From contig CM119376.1 of the NCBI GenBank assembly GCA_051294905.1, forward strand, positions 22,382,001-22,446,000: a stretch of DNA of 64,000 nucleotides. Reading direction: 5' to 3'. The DNA comes from Botryllus schlosseri. Its lineage: Eukaryota. Under the pieces are notes generated by a model that was not told where the DNA came from, ran no database searches, and saw only the letters and a program-made list of their open reading frames with translations. Every line of letters begins with the position of its first letter. The first letter of the stretch is position 1. Positions 1 through 13,386 of the stretch are shown in pieces. The position numbers and the translations under genes are program-made.

Positions 1-333
1 TCAGACGTATAAATTCAGTCAATCTATAATACAGATCACTGATGTGCTCTGGCAGCCCATACACCGGAAAAGCCGAATAACAGCGAATAAAAAGTTAAGG
101 CGAAAAATAGTTGATCAGTAAACTGTATCTATTTACGTAATACTCCGAAGGCAGACCGTAACTTTTGCGGTCGCCTTCTTTGCCACTGATGGCGTATTTC
201 CATTTCACATGTTGACTGTTCAATCGTCGGTTTCTGATACTTTCATGCTTGTCTCGAATGTATCGCAGCTGTTCAAGTTGCCTGCAAAATTGAAAAGGAA
301 ATGTTGGGTAGATAGTTGTACTAACCTATTTGC

Positions 334-1234
334 TAGGGATGGTCTGAACCTCTGAAGGGTTCAGTTTCGTGTGAACGCGAACCTTTTTGAAGCGTTCTGT
401 GTGAACGCGAACGTGAACCTCGTGACGTCACATGATGTCATTTTGTTAATTCCAACTCTATATTTAAATGCAGCGATAGCAGCCTGAATGTACACACGAT
501 ACCTAGCGACGACGTCGCTAATTGTATCAACTGGGGCAATCAAAAGGATATAATAATCCCACAAAATCAATATCTGCCTTTGCTTTGCCAACAATTTCGA
601 CGAGGACTTGCAAGGGAATATAAGATTTAAGCTTTAAGCCTAAAAGGTCTAGGGCAGGCCGGACAATGTACTCGGCGTCTGAGTATTGCTACGTTAAATA
701 TTGAGCAGAGTGTAAAACGGGTTTCTATACAGCAGTAGCCGACACCCCAATCTCACGGATTTGATTTATATGATACAGTATACATATAAAGTCAAGATTG
801 ACCCCGTACGCCTGTTAGATTTTTTACATCAGACAACGATATCAATTTCCTTGATTGCTTGAATAAGCATCATTCGCTGACTACATGTAGAGTACTTCGC
901 CCTTGATATTGTGTGATCGTGGGTCAAGCTCACATCAGAGAGTCACTAATTATTCACAAGCGTTAAGCTGGATATTTGAGCAAACTTCTGTAACAAAGCA
1001 AGTAACATTTTTGAGATTGTCAATATTTTTATGCTGCCAGCGACATGCATCGAGTGGCACGCAGTTGAAATGCAATAAATTTCGACCAAAGATGTTATAA
1101 TGAAGTGAAAATTGTAACATATGATAAAGGTTCACAGTGCAGAACCTACCACGGTTCGTTTGTGAACGTGAACCTCTAAATATCTGAGGCTCACAAACAA
1201 CGCGAACATGAACCTCACGCTCACACCATCCCTA
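334..1234. mobile_element. Non-autonomous hAT DNA transposon (MITE family A, copy 1)
   Basis: Termini are TAGGGATGGT...ACCATCCCTA (Ac-like). A perfect 8-bp TSD CTATTTGC lies at 326-333 and 1235-1242. Subterminal GTGAAC/GCGAAC repeats. A second copy is at 36521-41520. Confidence 0.92.
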
Positions 1235-1431
1235 CTATTTGCTGCTTTTAGGGCTTTCCATTATCGTAACGACTAAAGGGAAACAGTTACAAGACAACAA
1301 TATAAAGAATAACGAAACTGCCAAATATCAGTCTATTTACAGGACAGGGACAGGGAGATTCATAATCAGAATTTGTTTCCGAATTCCGCATATCTCAACG
1401 ACGTACACGGCAATCAAAAATGTTTGCCGTT

Positions 1432-3590
1432 TTACGATCGTTTGATATGGGTACGACTAATTGGGTTTGCTCTGAGAATGTTTTCAATATATTTGCATGT
1501 CATCTGCTGAGTTTTATCAAGTGATATACCTTTCCCTGGATTCTCTAAGGTTCGCCTGATGACGTACGGCCATTCGCCTTTTTTCCTTCCATTGTTTCAC
1601 TTGCACTTCTTCGAGAGTGCTGTAAAACCTCTCTTTCCTGCTGTTCTTCCATCCTTGACCCAAGTACACTAACACCGTGCCGCGGTAACGTGCCAGCTGC
1701 TCCAAACTGGTGAAATTGCTGCAAATAAATGGAGCACTGAGAATGGCTGCCCTATTGAACACTTTGGAAAAGTGCACTATTTCATTATGCCAAGGATATC
1801 CCTGCAAACGGAGTCAATTTGGCTATGAAAGAGACACTTTTCGTTATTCTTGGGTTAATAGAAAATTATGTTTATTGTTCTGTGACCCGCATCTAGTACA
1901 TGGAGTGCTACACAAATATATTATGTATACGTGCATAGCAGTTTTGTGTTAACTAATCTGAATGCTTGTAAATTTGCACGAAGTAGCCTATACCACGTGA
2001 ACCTCTCAGACCCCATTACAGTGTGTCGTGCTATTTTCAATAAGGGCTCACATATATATTTGAAATATATCATTAGGAGAAGACGGCAATAACAGAATAG
2101 GTTACAAAGGGAATAGAATTATATTGCTATCGCTGATCAAGAAAAGATATCATAATATAGGCTACATATGTAGGCTACACATATTAAACGCCAGTCCATG
2201 CCGTGTTACATGGTAGGTTAAGGAGAATTAGCCTACTCTATGATCGGATAATCGGATTAATCGGAATCTTTATCGGAATGGGATGCGGCGGGTTATCGTA
2301 TGAAAATATTGATAACGTTTGAAATGACTTTAAGGAACTCGATATCGAAGTATTTCTATTGGGGTTAATGCGAACAAGAGGTAGGCTAGACATCGAACTT
2401 TACTCTACTTGACGATGCTGATCACAGTCTGCTTACTCCCCATGGAGTCGAATTTTCGAAACTGAAAAAAAAAACAGCGAGGAACTGTTGAGTCGAAGGA
2501 CAGGGATACGCACTACGCACTGCTCAGTGTTCAAGTGGTCACTGCTCACACCTTGTCATTATGCGGTCCGTTCGAAATGATCTATACCTACACCACATCA
2601 CCCAAATCTACTCTGAGATATTGGGTGGATTGGATCCACCGTGAAAATTTCACTGGGTTTTTATAGCAAACCCCAGTTTGTGGAGCCCGGACTTAGCCAT
2701 TGTAGCTCGGTAGGTATATATGTCAAGACATGGAGATTCAAATGTTCAGCCTATATACCGTGCATCTACAGACGATGTATACATAGAAAATTTGGCACGA
2801 ACCGTGACAATGAAAGATATTACCTTCTGTATGGTGTAATTTCCGATCTGGGTGTTGCTTTTTCCTTTAAACCCTGTCCACGAGTGCGTACGTCTCCACC
2901 ACCGATTTGATGAGCCTGATCCAGATGTCTTTTACCGGACATTTTATGTTGCTCCCCGGATACCAAGCTGCGGTGCTTAGTATCAGGACAGTAGCTAGAG
3001 AAGGAGGGGTCTCTGTGCTTGAGATCGCGGTCGATTATTTGATGTTGGGACGCTCTGTAGGGAGACGATAATTTAGCTCTCGCTATTATATGAGTGTCTT
3101 TTTCATTCTGCTTCCACGTTTGGATTTTATCCCCTGACAGCACTTGTCTCGATAATAAATTCGCCTTCGTGGAGTGATTAACGGTTCGTGGAATCGAATA
3201 TTCCCGATAGGCATCGTTGTTTCGGTCCAGTATTCTTGTCTGTGAGCCCGCTTTGTGTGGAGAGGGTTTGGGCTTCGATATCGATGACGCTGGTGAAGTT
3301 TCGCCACGAATTTCAAAACTATCAGCTTTCCTGATATTCCTCCCGGAAAATTTATCGACCTGATGGGAATTATCGGCTACATGCGGTTCTCGATCTAGCG
3401 TCATTCGAGGCCTATCTTTTATAGGCAATCGATGTTGCTTGTTTCTGGAATTCTTCGGTGTACTTCGAAAATCCGGGTGACCATTCACAGGATGATCGCC
3501 GTTTATTTTTCTGGTCGGTTTTGTTATAGCTGGGAGAAATGAAGTCGAATTGTCTTTATTCCAATTGCCAGAAATGACCCCGCTTGTCAT
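1432..3590 (-). CDS. Putative uncharacterised multi-exon protein-coding gene (low-complexity S/K/R/P-rich N-terminal exon plus a basic C-terminal domain)
   Basis: The 256-codon ORF ends on a strong donor AG|GTAATA (2824/2823). Phase-consistent chain: exon 3590-2824, optional 36-nt exon 2587-2552, 25-nt microexon 2461-2437 (T10-CAG acceptor, GA|GTAAGC donor), exon 1801-1530, 58-bp intron, exon 1471-1432 (TAA). I recognise no family, and the 5' end is uncertain. Confidence 0.5.
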
Positions 3591-4344
3591 TGGTTGGTGA
3601 ATTCTTCAAAGAAATCAGCTCTTTATGGATCAATGCGGTCGTAAAAAGTATAAAAATCAAAGTTGTATGTCGTTACACACCAACGCCAACAGTCCAGAAG
3701 GAAAGTTAGAATTATTTCAGTGTCAATGTATGATTGGAGGAACATGCATGCACAAACTTGCGATAAAAACAGATCGTATTCGAATCGTAAATTTTCTAAA
3801 TTTTGTTGTTGTGTCCTCGCAACATTCTCGGCCTGGTGTGTCATAAAAATCAAGCTGTTTATATATAGGGAAAAGTCCTGTTGTATATAGTTGTTGAAGG
3901 TTATGGGAATTGCCTTGGCAATCCACTAACGTGCTGCTGTAGGTAGTTACATCTCGGTTTCGAGTACAATCGCACACTTTTCTCTCACATTTTGCATATT
4001 CGGTGACTTTTGACATGATTCGCCTCATCTTATTTAACTAAATAAACTAACAATTTCTTTTCAATATGAATACTGATTCTAGCTGATCGACGCGGTTCAA
4101 ATCCATCTATATTAATAGCTATACCTGATTCCGAGACAAGCAATAACACAAATTTTCTAAATCAACCATTGAAATTATTTACGCAAAGAGACCTATGAGT
4201 CAAAGGAATTTCGGTCCAAAATTGGCATCCTAGTTCCATCGACACAAGAATCCCTCATATATGCCTCTTATGCATCTATACGCCGCGTCCACTCCGCAAT
4301 TGATAGTCACCGCAACATAATTCCAAAATATGTATGTGCTGTGT

Positions 4345-5358
4345 CAGGGTTGTAATGACTCGAGTCATGACTCGACTCGAGTCCGACTCGAGTCACAATT
4401 TTCTGATGACTCGACTTGACTCGAGTCATTTTTTCAAAATACGGAAATGACTCGACTCGACTCGAGTCAATCTGTGTACTGACTCGACTTGGACTCGAGT
4501 CACTGCACATGACTCGAACCAAGTCATTGACTCGAGACTCAGACGGCCAAGACCGACATTTCATTGTAATTCCGAAGCCAACGCACTATTGGGATTTCGT
4601 CTGTGGGTACTGGTACTTGAATATGCGACCAGAAACTGCTAAAAGTGAGGAAAATTGGAATATTATATATGCGAAACATTCGATATCACCAAACAGAGTT
4701 ATAAAAAGTGGATTTACCAATACTTTAACTGGAAACTGAGCAGTCTATACAATGGCTTGGACTCGGACTCGAGTCATAATTCCATGACTCGGATTCGACC
4801 CTCTACCAGAGGGAGCGGATTTGAAATTTTTATGTCCTAATCCAATCCAAATCCGAACCTTCAAATCCAAATCCAAATCCTAATCCATAATATTTTCCAT
4901 GTCTATGTCCAATCCTAATCCGATTCCAACTGGAAATTCAGAAAAAATACTAATTTATGCAATGGAGAGATTCGAAAATTTTCTTTCACAGCCAACGATT
5001 CACTTGATTCAAGATAACTTAGTAACCATAATTACAACAATAACTGATCTGAATAAAGTTTGTCGCCATGCGCCACAGGACATTTCAATCTCCCAGAAAA
5101 TAGGTAAATCCAATCCAAATCCTAATCCGTTCTGAAAAAAATGTCTAATCCAAATCCAATCCAAATACGACGAAATTTCACAAATCCTGTTTTTTCAAAA
5201 CCTAATCCTAACCCATGCTCATCTCTGCCCTCTGCTCGCTGACTTGGACTCGGACTTGACTCGGTGGTGAATTGAAATGACTCGACTTGACTCGAGTCCA
5301 AACTATAAAAGTGAGATTGACTTGTGACTCGCAGCCTTGTGACTTGGTTACAACCCTG
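4345..5358. mobile_element. Non-autonomous hAT transposon (MITE family B, copy 1), rich in GACTCGAGTC subterminal repeats
   Basis: TIR CAGGGTTGTAA...TTACAACCCTG. The 8-bp TSD is TGCTGTGT/TGTTGTGT (1 mismatch). An inverted copy lies at 49372-49943. Contains a nested insert at 4807-5227. Confidence 0.88.
4807..5227. mobile_element. hAT-like MITE (family C, AATCC-repeat rich) nested in family B copy 1
   Basis: Ends are CAGAGGGAGC.../...GCTCATCTCTG. The 8-bp TSD is CCCTCTAC/CCCTCTGC. The segment is absent from the family B copy at 49372-49943, which shows the empty site. Many (A)ATCC/AAATCC repeats. Confidence 0.8.
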
Positions 5359-7159
5359 TGTTGTGTATACTACTGTATAGTCGTTTCGTCGCGTACGCAA
5401 TGAGGCCTATATTTTCCAGCCTCGCATAGTTATTTCCCGTCTGCGAGACCAAACGAATGATCTGAATAGCTACAACTATGATGGTGCCGACACCGAACAG
5501 TGACCGAAACGCAATATATTCACCGAGTTTATTATTACAATACGACGTACATTTTGTTTAGTGTCTACTGGCGCACAAAAGCGACGAATGAGGACGAAAT
5601 ATCTCAGTGGAATAGATTCTGTGAATATAGAAGTTGTTTTGATTTTATTCTGTTGGATGGGGTGTAGAAGTTGAAGTAAAAAACAACAATCCCTTGAAAT
5701 GAGAAGTCCCTGAAATCACAATCAGGCAAAGTCAATTGTATCCATAGTAACTAAGATCGTGGTAAATGGATCCGTCTCGCTTGTGAATGATAAAACCCGA
5801 ACAGACCTTTTCATAACACTGGACAAGTTTCGATTGTAATCTGATTGTAATATAGCGCGGATCACAACGATAAAAGATAAAAACATTATAATGATTCATA
5901 TACGGAAGCGATTCTGTATGATAAATGATAATAATCGACAATGTTCGAGACGATCTATTTTTATCTTTAAATTGCAAACGCAAAATGTGATTCTACATTG
6001 GTAAAAGTATCCTTTTGCGAATTTTAAGAGTCGTAAAATTGGATCCGCCGTAAAAATGTCACTGGGCTTTTATCGCGATCAATATGATTTCGCAGAATTG
6101 TAAGAAGAGCTAATATCGAGTTAACATAAGAAGCGAAGACATCATAGGGTCTTAAATAGTATCTTGAATAAGAGGTGCTTGTCCGCAAATGCACATGACT
6201 AATATCATTTTTATCTAACTCGAGTTTCTGATCGTATATAGTACTACGTCGCAACTAGCAAAAATTCCTTCTGAGCTGAGCTGGCTAGATTCGCAAACTA
6301 ATGTGCGATTAGGGATGATGATGAGCAAATACCTAGCCCGACGGAGTATCGCTAGATCAATTATAAACACCCATTCTTAATTCCCTGCCAATAATTTGAC
6401 TCAGCAATATACAACTTTCAATATGGTGTTATGTTGCTTCAACATATCGGAGCCCATTCGACACGATCATTTCCAAATAAGGTTCATGATACACTATACT
6501 AGCAGTTCAAAGTTAAACAATTTACCGACCTTGGCAGGCGAAGTACATCAGTAGACATTCTGTACAGTTCTTCAGTCTTCGAAAATATGTAAAAACAAGG
6601 CTTTATCTATCTCATGGCAAATTAGTACGACACTTCAAGAAAACACGAAATAGACCCTCTTTATAATACACTTACCGCACATGTAGTGAGTCTTTCGAAT
6701 TGAATCAATACCGGTTGTTATTTTGAAAACGCGCAAATGTTTTTGTTATTTGATCTCTCTGCGTAAATGATGTATAGTGAAGTTGTTGACGCAACGAATC
6801 TATTTTCTAACTTGTATGGTTAGGTTACCGTTAGATCAAACTCAGAACTTGAGGATGTTGCAGAATCCTAGCGTATAAGGATAAGATCACTGATGGATCG
6901 ATGAATATGACTAATGGCAATTTGTGAGACGTGTGTAAACAACGTATGTTAATAAATTAACACAGATGCAACACAAATGGCTTGCGAGTTCGAGTCCGAC
7001 AGAAGCCGAGTCCAGAAATTCCTTCAAAGGGATGGGGTTTATCTAGGCTCCTCCTCGCCAGCTGACCCGTGCCAGCGGTGTCCTAAAAAGAATAAAGTAT
7101 TAGGCCATGCTATACAAGTCGGCAGATACGGAATCAAAATAAAGAATATCGGCCTAGTG

Positions 7160-8281
7160 TAGGGTTACCATATTTCAACAAACCAAATTCCAGACACTCT
7201 TTAGCGCCCACTAGTGGATTTCAAAATGAGTTATGACGTCACACTAGCAAAGTTTTGCTCATAAACCAGAGGTGGTCACGGTCCGGTTCAGGAGTATGTG
7301 GCTGTGTGTTGTGTAACCGGGACCGAAAGCACATGTTTTCATCCCCCTCCCGTCCAAATAAACAATGATTTTGAGCCCACGCTACGGGATAATCGATGCA
7401 ACTTCTGGGCGGGGGTGCTTGCTATATGAATCTGGTTTCTATATGCATCTGGTCGTTAAATTATCTGAATAAATTCTGTCAATAATATTGGTCGTTCCAT
7501 ATATAGATAAGCCTACTACTCTCCGCCCTCACGATCAGAGTTAGCGGTAGTGTTGGTGGAGGATGATGATGAGTTCGACAATACAGGGAGCGTAATTGCA
7601 CATCGTTAAATCATGTTCATGTTCTACCTATAAGATGGTTTATCAGCCTTATGCCGGTGCGCATCACGGAGCTTTATAAACACCCCAAATCCAGTGGTTT
7701 CCGAGCTTTTATGGTCGCGACACCATCTCCAATTTGAAAATGTTCCGTGACCCAGATCAAAATTTTACGAGCTGATTACTAAAAGAAGTCAGCACCGTTG
7801 CCCAGACTTACTCACGGGCTATTTTGGAAGCTGATTACGTTCAACATTTTCGCAAACCCCAGAATAAAGGAAAAATACCCCCCCTCCGTTTGGAACCACT
7901 ATCTTTGAATAAAGCATTTGAACGGCCTTAACGATCTCTATAGGAATATACCGTTCCCTATAATTGTGATTACAATTAGGCTTATTTCAGTAAATGAAGG
8001 TCGTATTTATTTATATTTTTTGGCAGTTATTGCGAGGGTGGTATAGTCTCCATATTAAAATCAATAAATGTGATAGTAAATCGCGCGCAGCGCGAAGAAA
8101 AATATGATACATCAGCATAAATATTCCAAAAAAATATTGTTTTATGCTGATCTACGAAAAAATTATGAGCCTACGTCAAAATTCCGGACATTTGGCATAT
8201 TTTAGAAATTCCTCCCGGACGCTAGTTTGAACAGTGAAATTCCGGACATGTCCGGGAAATTCCGGACGTATGGCAACCCTA
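7160..8281. mobile_element. Non-autonomous hAT transposon (family D, TAGGGTTGCCA termini)
   Basis: TIR TAGGGTTACCATA / TATGGCAACCCTA (12/13). Perfect 8-bp TSD GCCTAGTG at 7152-7159 and 8282-8289. TCCGGAC subterminal repeats at the right end. Confidence 0.9.
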
Positions 8282-11200
8282 GCCTAGTGTAACATGACAA
8301 ATGTATAGTCGAAACACAATCGGTACCATAACCTAAACAACAGCAACAATTTAACTGTATGCATACAAATATACTATATTATTATATAGTATATATATTG
8401 ACCGATGACCGTTCAATGACGTATGTGATGTATTCAGTTCTTCAGTTATACGGCCCGAATTGTCCAATGTGACTATGACTAGAGGGAGCTGATGACCAAG
8501 TCAATGTTTCAGAAAATAGATTCGGCAACATAAATCGAGTGCTGCACTTCAGCAGATTATCAAATGCCATAATTGCCATATTCACTTTCATTACTACCAA
8601 TGACGTCGCCAGGAATTAAAAATGGTAGTTGAAAGGCGAAGCTTGTCATACAATATTGCAATACAAATGAAATTGTGAATACACAGAGGTAAATCACGCC
8701 ATGCGCGAAAAACGTTTTCAGAATATTGGATGAACTTTTTCACAAACTTCACGTGGAAAATCAGCATAGGCGTATTATAGTGTTTTTGACTTTTTTTTGC
8801 TTGTCTCAAGGTAAATATGAAACCCTGCATAAATCATTGAAAATTGATACTTCTTGGTACAAATTTTCATAGTGGGTCAAAGGCTGCACACCTAAATTAT
8901 ATTTGCGATATTTTTACTCATTCCATAGAATCATTTGATCAGTGCCCAGCCCATTTATTATTGCATGTATATAGTGTTATGCTCGATTCCCGATGTACTT
9001 AAACATTTGACACGTTTACAGATATTATGGGTCTAATGTGTCAATCCGACAGCTACGCATTACAAAATAATTTCAAAGCATTGTTTCAAATTTTATGTTT
9101 TTCGCTATATACTCAGGCGTAGAAATTGATTGTACTTCCGGAATTCGCCGAACTGAGATTAAACGGATAGTCCGCAAAAATCATACACAGTTAATTAAAA
9201 CGGCATTAAGGACGTTCTGTGTCATCGTTAAACCACAAGCAGTCGGCAATCTGATTCCAAACCAGTCTGGCCGTTGTTTATCACTCTGTATTCGCCCAGA
9301 CGTTGGTCCTCTTATGATTATCATCTTGTAAGAATAATTATGCAGACCTGACCTGGATTAACATCTGCAGCTGGCGTTAGAGAGCGCAAGTCTGAATGGA
9401 TATTTTCATATTGCTACCGGGGGAGTCATGGAAACAAATTATCAATCAACCAAGGTAATAATCCCCGCCCAGATCTACTGACAGCAGATTTCGGAAAGCT
9501 GGTTTCTACAAAAAGGCCCGGCACCGTCGCAATCACATAGAAAAGCTAACCGATACTCTCCCGGTAGAAAGCTTCAGACCCATATAAAACTCGACTTCGG
9601 TCGAACTCGAGTCAGCAACCCATTGGTGCCACACCAGTAGACAACACGATTGTGATGTTATGCACCGATATACGGACTAATGATGCATACTTGCAACAAC
9701 TTCAACGTCGGAATATATGCTTCAACACTACTGAAATACAAATGTAGCTAGCGGCGTTGACTTGACAGTACGCTTCTCAGTTTTGATGCAAATAGCGTTT
9801 GCATACGCGATCGACGAGGACGTATATCTTCTGCAGTGTATCATAAATGCTAGCATATAACATCGCCAGACTAAATCATCTATATATCTAATGCGTACAT
9901 CAACTCTGCCAAGTACTTATGAAAGGTAAATTATTTTCAATCATTTTTGCCATCTATTTAGTCGAAATCAATTCGCTTGGTACTATCTCGCCTAATCAAA
10001 CAGAAGTTTCGGCTTCAATCTTGCAATTGCAAATATTTCAATACAACATCAATTTGACGAACATTGGTTGTTGGTGTCGTTTGAATATTAATGATTTTTC
10101 GACTTCTTAGGTCCTTTTTACGCCAGGTCGACTTGTAGCAGCACGGCCCACTTTACTTCATAGCTTTTGGAAGACACCGCTTACGTGAATTTGCGTGGGT
10201 CATAAATTATTCATTGTAAGCCTACTGCGCATATTTAAATTGACGAATAGTAATTGCTAGTCATACTTTATATATTTGTAATTGGGTCAACTTACATGTT
10301 GCAAAGTCACAATTAAGTGACCACCTCGAAACACCAAAAAGACAAGGTAAAGTTTCGACAAGTGTTGCGAGGAACTAAAATAGCTTTTATCAGCCACGAT
10401 TTTTGTCTGACTGACATTTGCAGCGCGAGTTGAGTAAAATTTTGAGCGGGATTGCGGTTGTTTGAGGTGACCTTGCGCATCAATTACGAACCATCGGTAA
10501 ATATATTGGTGATATGACCGATGACCGTCTTATTAGGTTGCAAGTTTTTAATGAGCCTTATCGGAGCTACATAGATCAATGAATTACAGATAGAGCAAGG
10601 TTAAAGTACCGAATTTCAGTTTCGAGGGTTGGCAAAATGAACAGTAAACAGTGAGCACCAATCCATACTAAAGTAAGCAGTTTCGTTTTATACCTTTCTG
10701 CCAGTATCCCAACAAGCATGTGTTACTTGAGAGGGTAGTGAACAGAAGACAAATATAAGCTATGGATCAACATGCTTAGTAATAGTAGTGTTACTATATA
10801 TCTAGGCAGCGAAAGTGCACGTGAAAGGACTACGTGGATTTCATGTGAATTGTTATCACTTTATGATCTACTTGTGGTGGAGTAACAAGCGGTCGATCAT
10901 GATCAATCGCGTTACTTTGTTTATGACGTGTGATTCTTTTGAACTATGACTCATCACCGTATTGCCTGGGAATCCTGAGAACAGATGGCACTCTGACACA
11001 CAAGGTTGGTTCGAGAAGGGGTTATGGAAAGGGAACTGCAGATTGTTGTGCTGGTTCTCGTGCTTCGAAACTCACACACTTACGCGTGGGCGTTGCGGCA
11101 ATGGCTTACCGCAAAAGCAGACTTCGGCAGTAGCAGACCGCCTGTCTACACGGAGTGTCGTACAGAGTTGTTTTTCGTATACTCAAAACAGTTACGTGAA

Positions 11201-13386
11201 TACCAGTTTTCGAAAGCCGACATTTTCGTATACAATTCTTGCTTTCGTGTAAATAAAGTCCCAGATCCTTTTTAATGCTAATCGAACAATGATCTCACTG
11301 TGCCAATAAACGAGCAACGCTTCCGCGGTTAGAATTTCTCGGATTTATCGTTAAACCGTCATTAAGTGATTGTGCGGGTGTATTAACACCGGAGTTGTGA
11401 GAAAATGGTTCATTATATGCGAATACTGTTTGAACTTGTAATCCATGTTTTAAATATGTATAAATTGTATATATATACTTCTGCAGAGATCCGACAGATT
11501 TATGACCGTCCGTTGCTTTGATAAGAGGCATTGCATATATCCGGTTTTCAAGTAATTCCTTCTGTATGGCCTAGTCGTGAATTGAAAACAATGTAATTCT
11601 CCGCTATTTTTAAGAAGCTCAAGTGCGCCATTTTGTAGATGTCTAGAATTATTGTTAAAATTTCTACAGGCGACCGGTGCCGTCAGCTACCACGTGGCAC
11701 GTGCCGACAAAACTTTGCAGAATAAGCATGTAGCGATTTTTTACCCAGCTACTAGTCAGCCAACAGTTTCATAATATTCAACAACGTCTAGAATTACTAC
11801 AGGCCAGCAAAAGTTTGCAGGAGAATAACATCTAAAAGATTTGTACCTAGCTTGTAGCCAGCCATCAGTTTTATGACAATAAAATCTACTAATAACACGC
11901 TAAACTATCAGCGATGATGATAGAAAAATCCACGGGATATCACAGGATGACATTATTGAGTAGGCTAATACATTAGCAAATCTTCAGAGGACTGCGCGAC
12001 ATCTCACATCATTGGATTTGTCTGCGTCTGTGGCGTTTCCGCACCTGCGCTCATTTCACAGCACACATCGTTATTCACCCACTTAATGCCCTGCTCAGTT
12101 CTCACATTCTATCTGGGCTTCCGAAAACAATGTTATTACCCAGCTTGGGTGGATATGAACCTGCAACACCTAGCATATTCCAATTATGGCCGGTGATGAA
12201 AAAAACTAGATGACAAGCGTCACCTCAAACTACAATAAAAATAATAATACTAAAATAAATATACTTATGGACGCATAGTATCAATACGTCACGGTCTGCA
12301 TATGTTGTCTCGATTTATCGTCATAGCGTTTGTCCACAAATTTAGGCGCGACCCATTGTCGCTTATATCTGACTTCATGTATCAGGGGGACAGAAGATCC
12401 ACAAAAGGGCGGCAATCGATTTCTTGTCGCAAAGCAATTTCATATTTCAAATCGAGTGAAGTTATAATCTTTGAGACTTCAAACTTGAGCAAACATGCGT
12501 ATTGCATGTTGATCATCAAACAATCAAAGCCAAATAACTGTTGGACGAGTGCGCAGGAACAATAATTTGCTTGATGAAGCCTATGATTTCGTCAGTATTA
12601 CTGTGATATTTCTGTGAAAGGTGATTCCCGAGCTAAATTGGGAGTCGTCCTAATAAAAAGCTGAAACGCTAATTACACCGGCGTTGTCATTGCTACCGCG
12701 TTTTATCGTGTTAATTTTGTACTAATACCTGTAGATTTTAGGAAACCGTGGGTCAATTTTGTAATTGGTGATGGTATATGAGACAATTGATAGAGGCGGG
12801 TATTGAACAATCGTAATTTGTGTCCGATCTCCTTTGCAAGCACAATCGTTCGCGATTGACTGTCTGGTTGAAACATTGTACGCGCGTGACACTGACTATA
12901 ATTGCGAGTCAATGGGCTGCTAGTGACACCTTTATCATGATTCAGCAACTGCAAAAAATACAGCTAAACTGTCTCGCATGTATCATACGCATCACCATTA
13001 GGACAGTGAGTCATTTTGAAAATTCGATACTAAAATCAGTATAGCCTTGTGCGGCGCACGCATATTTTTCAATATTAGATTCTTCCGATTACTAAAATCG
13101 AACACTTCAATTCATCGCGTAAATATCACAAAACACAGGGGCGCGTATCAATACGGACCGACAACGAACATTGATACAAAAATATAGTTTTTCGAAAAAT
13201 CCCACTATTTGGATCCACGACTGTTCGGTATCTCCGTCGCTTATTGAGGCCATTGGCAGCGACGCTCTTCCATCAGTACTGTATCGTGTTATTCTTCTGA
13301 TCTGCCTCAATCTTGTCAGTCCACGAATCCTGACCTTTTCGGACGCAGCTCTCAACTCACAGACCCACTCATCGTGCTGTCGAGGC

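Noticed and set aside
3623-4028. ORFs 3723-4028 and 3623-3853 as the first exon or TM segment of the orphan gene
   Set aside because: I found no convincing phase-compatible donor/acceptor pair, and joining them would need two frameshifts. Left unassigned.
4345-4800. GACTCGAGTC arrays (also 49372-49943) and CCGGA arrays (50209-50611) as CRISPR-like repeats
   Set aside because: Spacing is irregular, there are no unique fixed-length spacers or cas genes, and the context is eukaryotic. They lie between TIRs with 8-bp TSDs, so they are MITE subterminal repeats.
6975-7130. GTTCGAGTCC B-box-like motif as a tRNA gene
   Set aside because: No cloverleaf, acceptor stem or clear A-box. At most a decayed SINE fragment.
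9919-10110. 63-aa ORF with a signal-peptide-like start (MKGKLFSIIFAIYLV...)
   Set aside because: AT-rich sequence readily yields hydrophobic I/F/L runs. No processing sites, splice support or promoter.
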